Source: a virus. Taken from it: a DNA stretch of 64,000 nucleotides. The notes beneath the pieces were generated by a model. The model saw only the letters and a program-made list of their open reading frames with translations. It was not told where the DNA came from and did no database searches. Both the position numbers and the translations under genes were made by a program. Below, piece after piece: positions 61,925 through 64,000 of the stretch; the first letter of the stretch is position 1; each line of letters starts with the position of its first letter. The DNA lies in the IMG/VR virus record IMGVR_UViG_3300025141_000031, one strand, 5' to 3'.

Positions 61925-62317
61925 TTATACATCAAATCTTTTATATAATTCTAATACAATTCTACGGTATCCATCATTATTAGTTAACAATAAACTATTA
62001 CTATAATTTTCCCATGTAATAATAAATGTTTTATCTAATACTCCATTATTAACTTTTTTAATAATTTCATTTAATGCATTTACCGTATATAAAGTATTTG
62101 TATCTTTCTTTCTATGTATTAGTATTGTATTTGGCGTTTTTTTATAATCTTCAGTAGGGTCTACATTATATGTAACATAAACATCATTTGGTTTGTCTGC
62201 ATCATTAAATACAAAAATCTTTTTTTCTACTATATTATAGCTTTGTTTAACATAATCTATAATAAGATTTAAGTCTTTTCTATGTGCGAATGTACATAAT
62301 AAGTTAGTTCTTGCCAA
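61925..62317 (-). CDS. Hypothetical phage protein (TTG start)
   Basis: LLCTF...TYN...NTILIHRKKDTNTLYTVNALN. Confidence 0.7.
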   Translation of the reverse strand: MARTNLLCTFAHRKDLNLIIDYVKQSYNIVEKKIFVFNDADKPNDVYVTYNVDPTEDYKKTPNTILIHRKKDTNTLYTVNALNEIIKKVNNGVLDKTFIITWENYSNSLLLTNNDGYRRIVLELYKRFDV

Positions 62318-62375
62318 AATTTTCCTTCTCGTTTTATTCTTATTATAAATATCAACTTTTACGCTGAAACCGTAA

Positions 62376-63953
62376 CTATTCTATAGTTCCTTTTGGTGAA
62401 CTTCCTGGAACACTTGCTCCGAAATATGTTTCAAAATATTCATAGAATGTTGGTGCTTTTCCTTTTTGTCCATAATCAGATGTCCATTGTCCATTTGTAA
62501 ACCTTAAAAATATTGGTATTGTAATTAACTTTTCACCATCTCCATATAATACAAGATCTCGTTGATAATCACCTAACGCTTCACCAGTCCTTTTTGTTTT
62601 CATTTTACCTAGCTTTGCTTCAAAATTACCCTTTTCTATTGCATTTTTTATTATGTCTCTTGATGGTAATGCATGTATTTTCTCACCTCCTTTTGCAACA
62701 TATAAATAAGTTTTCTTATCAGATTCTTCATCTGCTCTTAAAAGATATGTTATGATATCTGTTAAGTCTTCTACTCGTCCTTTAGATTCTAAATCTGTAA
62801 AAAGTACTTCTAGGGGTGGATGAAGATTAGATGCTCTATTCGCAATAATTTTCTTTTTAATATCATTTGGCATTTCTGAATATATTTTTCTATACATATA
62901 TGGTATAGTTCCTGAACCTCTTCCTAAATCATTCCATTCTGGTTCCCAGGATATATCTGATGATTGGTTATCCCATTTTGGATCAGATAGTATATCTTGT
63001 ACTTCTTTTGGCATATCGCCATTTTTTAATCTATCTTTTATCCAACCATTTATTTGTCCTACATAGTATTGTAATCCTGCATCAATAGCTTTTTTAGCTC
63101 CAGCTTGAGTCTTATACATATAATTTAATACACCATCATAATTTGAATCAGCTATTTCTGTATCAAATCCATATAACATTTTCAATATTTTTCCTACTGA
63201 TAAACTTCCGAATTGTCCTGCACCATATTTTAATGATATCCAAACATCTTCTTTTTCACCATTTACTAATATTTGTACGACATCATCTGACACACCTAAA
63301 TCAATTCCTGATGCAACTCTATAAGATTTTACATATGATGTTGGTTGATATAATTGATCTATTTTATTTTTAGTCATATGTGCTGCATCAAATGCATCTT
63401 CCCATTGTGCATAAAATGTTTTTGTGAACTTACCATCTTTAAGATAAACTGTATCTCCTTTTTTCTGGCCTTGTTTCTTTGCTACATCATCTGATGTATG
63501 TTTTGCGCCCACTAAATGATTAATTGCATTATCTGTGGTTACATCTGCATCTTTTAAGGTTCCGGCTGCTCCTTGTCCTATAAGTTCAAAATCTTCTATA
63601 GTTTCTATTTCTGGAGTAGATATTTGTACATTTTGTGTATAATCTTCTCCTGGTGTTATTTTAACTGGAGGTGCAAGCTCTATAATATATGCCAATGCTA
63701 AAGCATAAAATGTTTCATGTAAATTTGTAGTTGCAACTGATGGAGTAGTTTCTACTTCTTCTGGTTCATGTGGTATATAATCAACTGGAGCTTCATTACG
63801 TAAGCTTCGTATAATAGGTTTAGGGTCTATATTATTTTCTGTTAGAATTCTAGATAAAACCTGTAGTTCCATTTTATTATACGGCTGTATCGCATAACCA
63901 TTAGGTAGTCTATAGAACCACTCTCTTAATATATCTGTTACGTTTCTTTGCAT
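62376..63953 (-). CDS. Large hypothetical protein, possible PD-(D/E)XK-type domain
   Basis: LHE, then SDDV...WISLK; TATTTATA motif just upstream. Confidence 0.6.
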   Translation of the reverse strand: MQRNVTDILREWFYRLPNGYAIQPYNKMELQVLSRILTENNIDPKPIIRSLRNEAPVDYIPHEPEEVETTPSVATTNLHETFYALALAYIIELAPPVKITPGEDYTQNVQISTPEIETIEDFELIGQGAAGTLKDADVTTDNAINHLVGAKHTSDDVAKKQGQKKGDTVYLKDGKFTKTFYAQWEDAFDAAHMTKNKIDQLYQPTSYVKSYRVASGIDLGVSDDVVQILVNGEKEDVWISLKYGAGQFGSLSVGKILKMLYGFDTEIADSNYDGVLNYMYKTQAGAKKAIDAGLQYYVGQINGWIKDRLKNGDMPKEVQDILSDPKWDNQSSDISWEPEWNDLGRGSGTIPYMYRKIYSEMPNDIKKKIIANRASNLHPPLEVLFTDLESKGRVEDLTDIITYLLRADEESDKKTYLYVAKGGEKIHALPSRDIIKNAIEKGNFEAKLGKMKTKRTGEALGDYQRDLVLYGDGEKLITIPIFLRFTNGQWTSDYGQKGKAPTFYEYFETYFGASVPGSSPKGTIE

Positions 63954-64000
63954 TTATTATAAATATGTACTAACCGACTTTACTAGTCATATTTTGCATA

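Overview
This is a gene-dense, very AT-rich segment with essentially every real gene on the minus strand in the standard code. It reads as part of a large T4-like/jumbo dsDNA phage, most likely infecting Bacteroidota (Flavobacteriales-like). The phage call rests on a replication set of gp32-like SSB, RecA/UvsX, 5'-3' exonuclease, DnaB/gp41, class II RNR, PolB, clamp and clamp loader, and ATP-dependent ligase. The host call rests on nine Bacteroidota-like TT(A/T)G-N20-TAnnTTnA promoters and on genes encoding T9SS-type cargo. From right to left the window holds: a leader-sharing acidic gene trio; the recombination/replication core; a 7-deazaguanine module (queD, queE, folE, hpt, and a dpdA-like transglycosylase coupled to a glycosyltransferase; no queC in the window); GroES and GroEL; a ~23 kb glycan island; a secreted T9SS-type trio; a cassette array of small enzymes sharing a 10-aa 'MIKLKQLLTE' leader; ligase; and a >1000-aa Cys-repeat secreted protein running off the left edge. 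The most notable candidates are (1) leader-tagged effector cassettes that may be capsid-packaged and protease-matured, (2) a DpdA + glycosyltransferase module suggesting an undescribed DNA base, (3) phage-encoded T9SS cargo, (4) a covarying hairpin/sRNA element, and (5) Shine-Dalgarno use concentrated on one promoter class in a probable Bacteroidota phage. All calls come from motif recognition by eye; no database searches were run.
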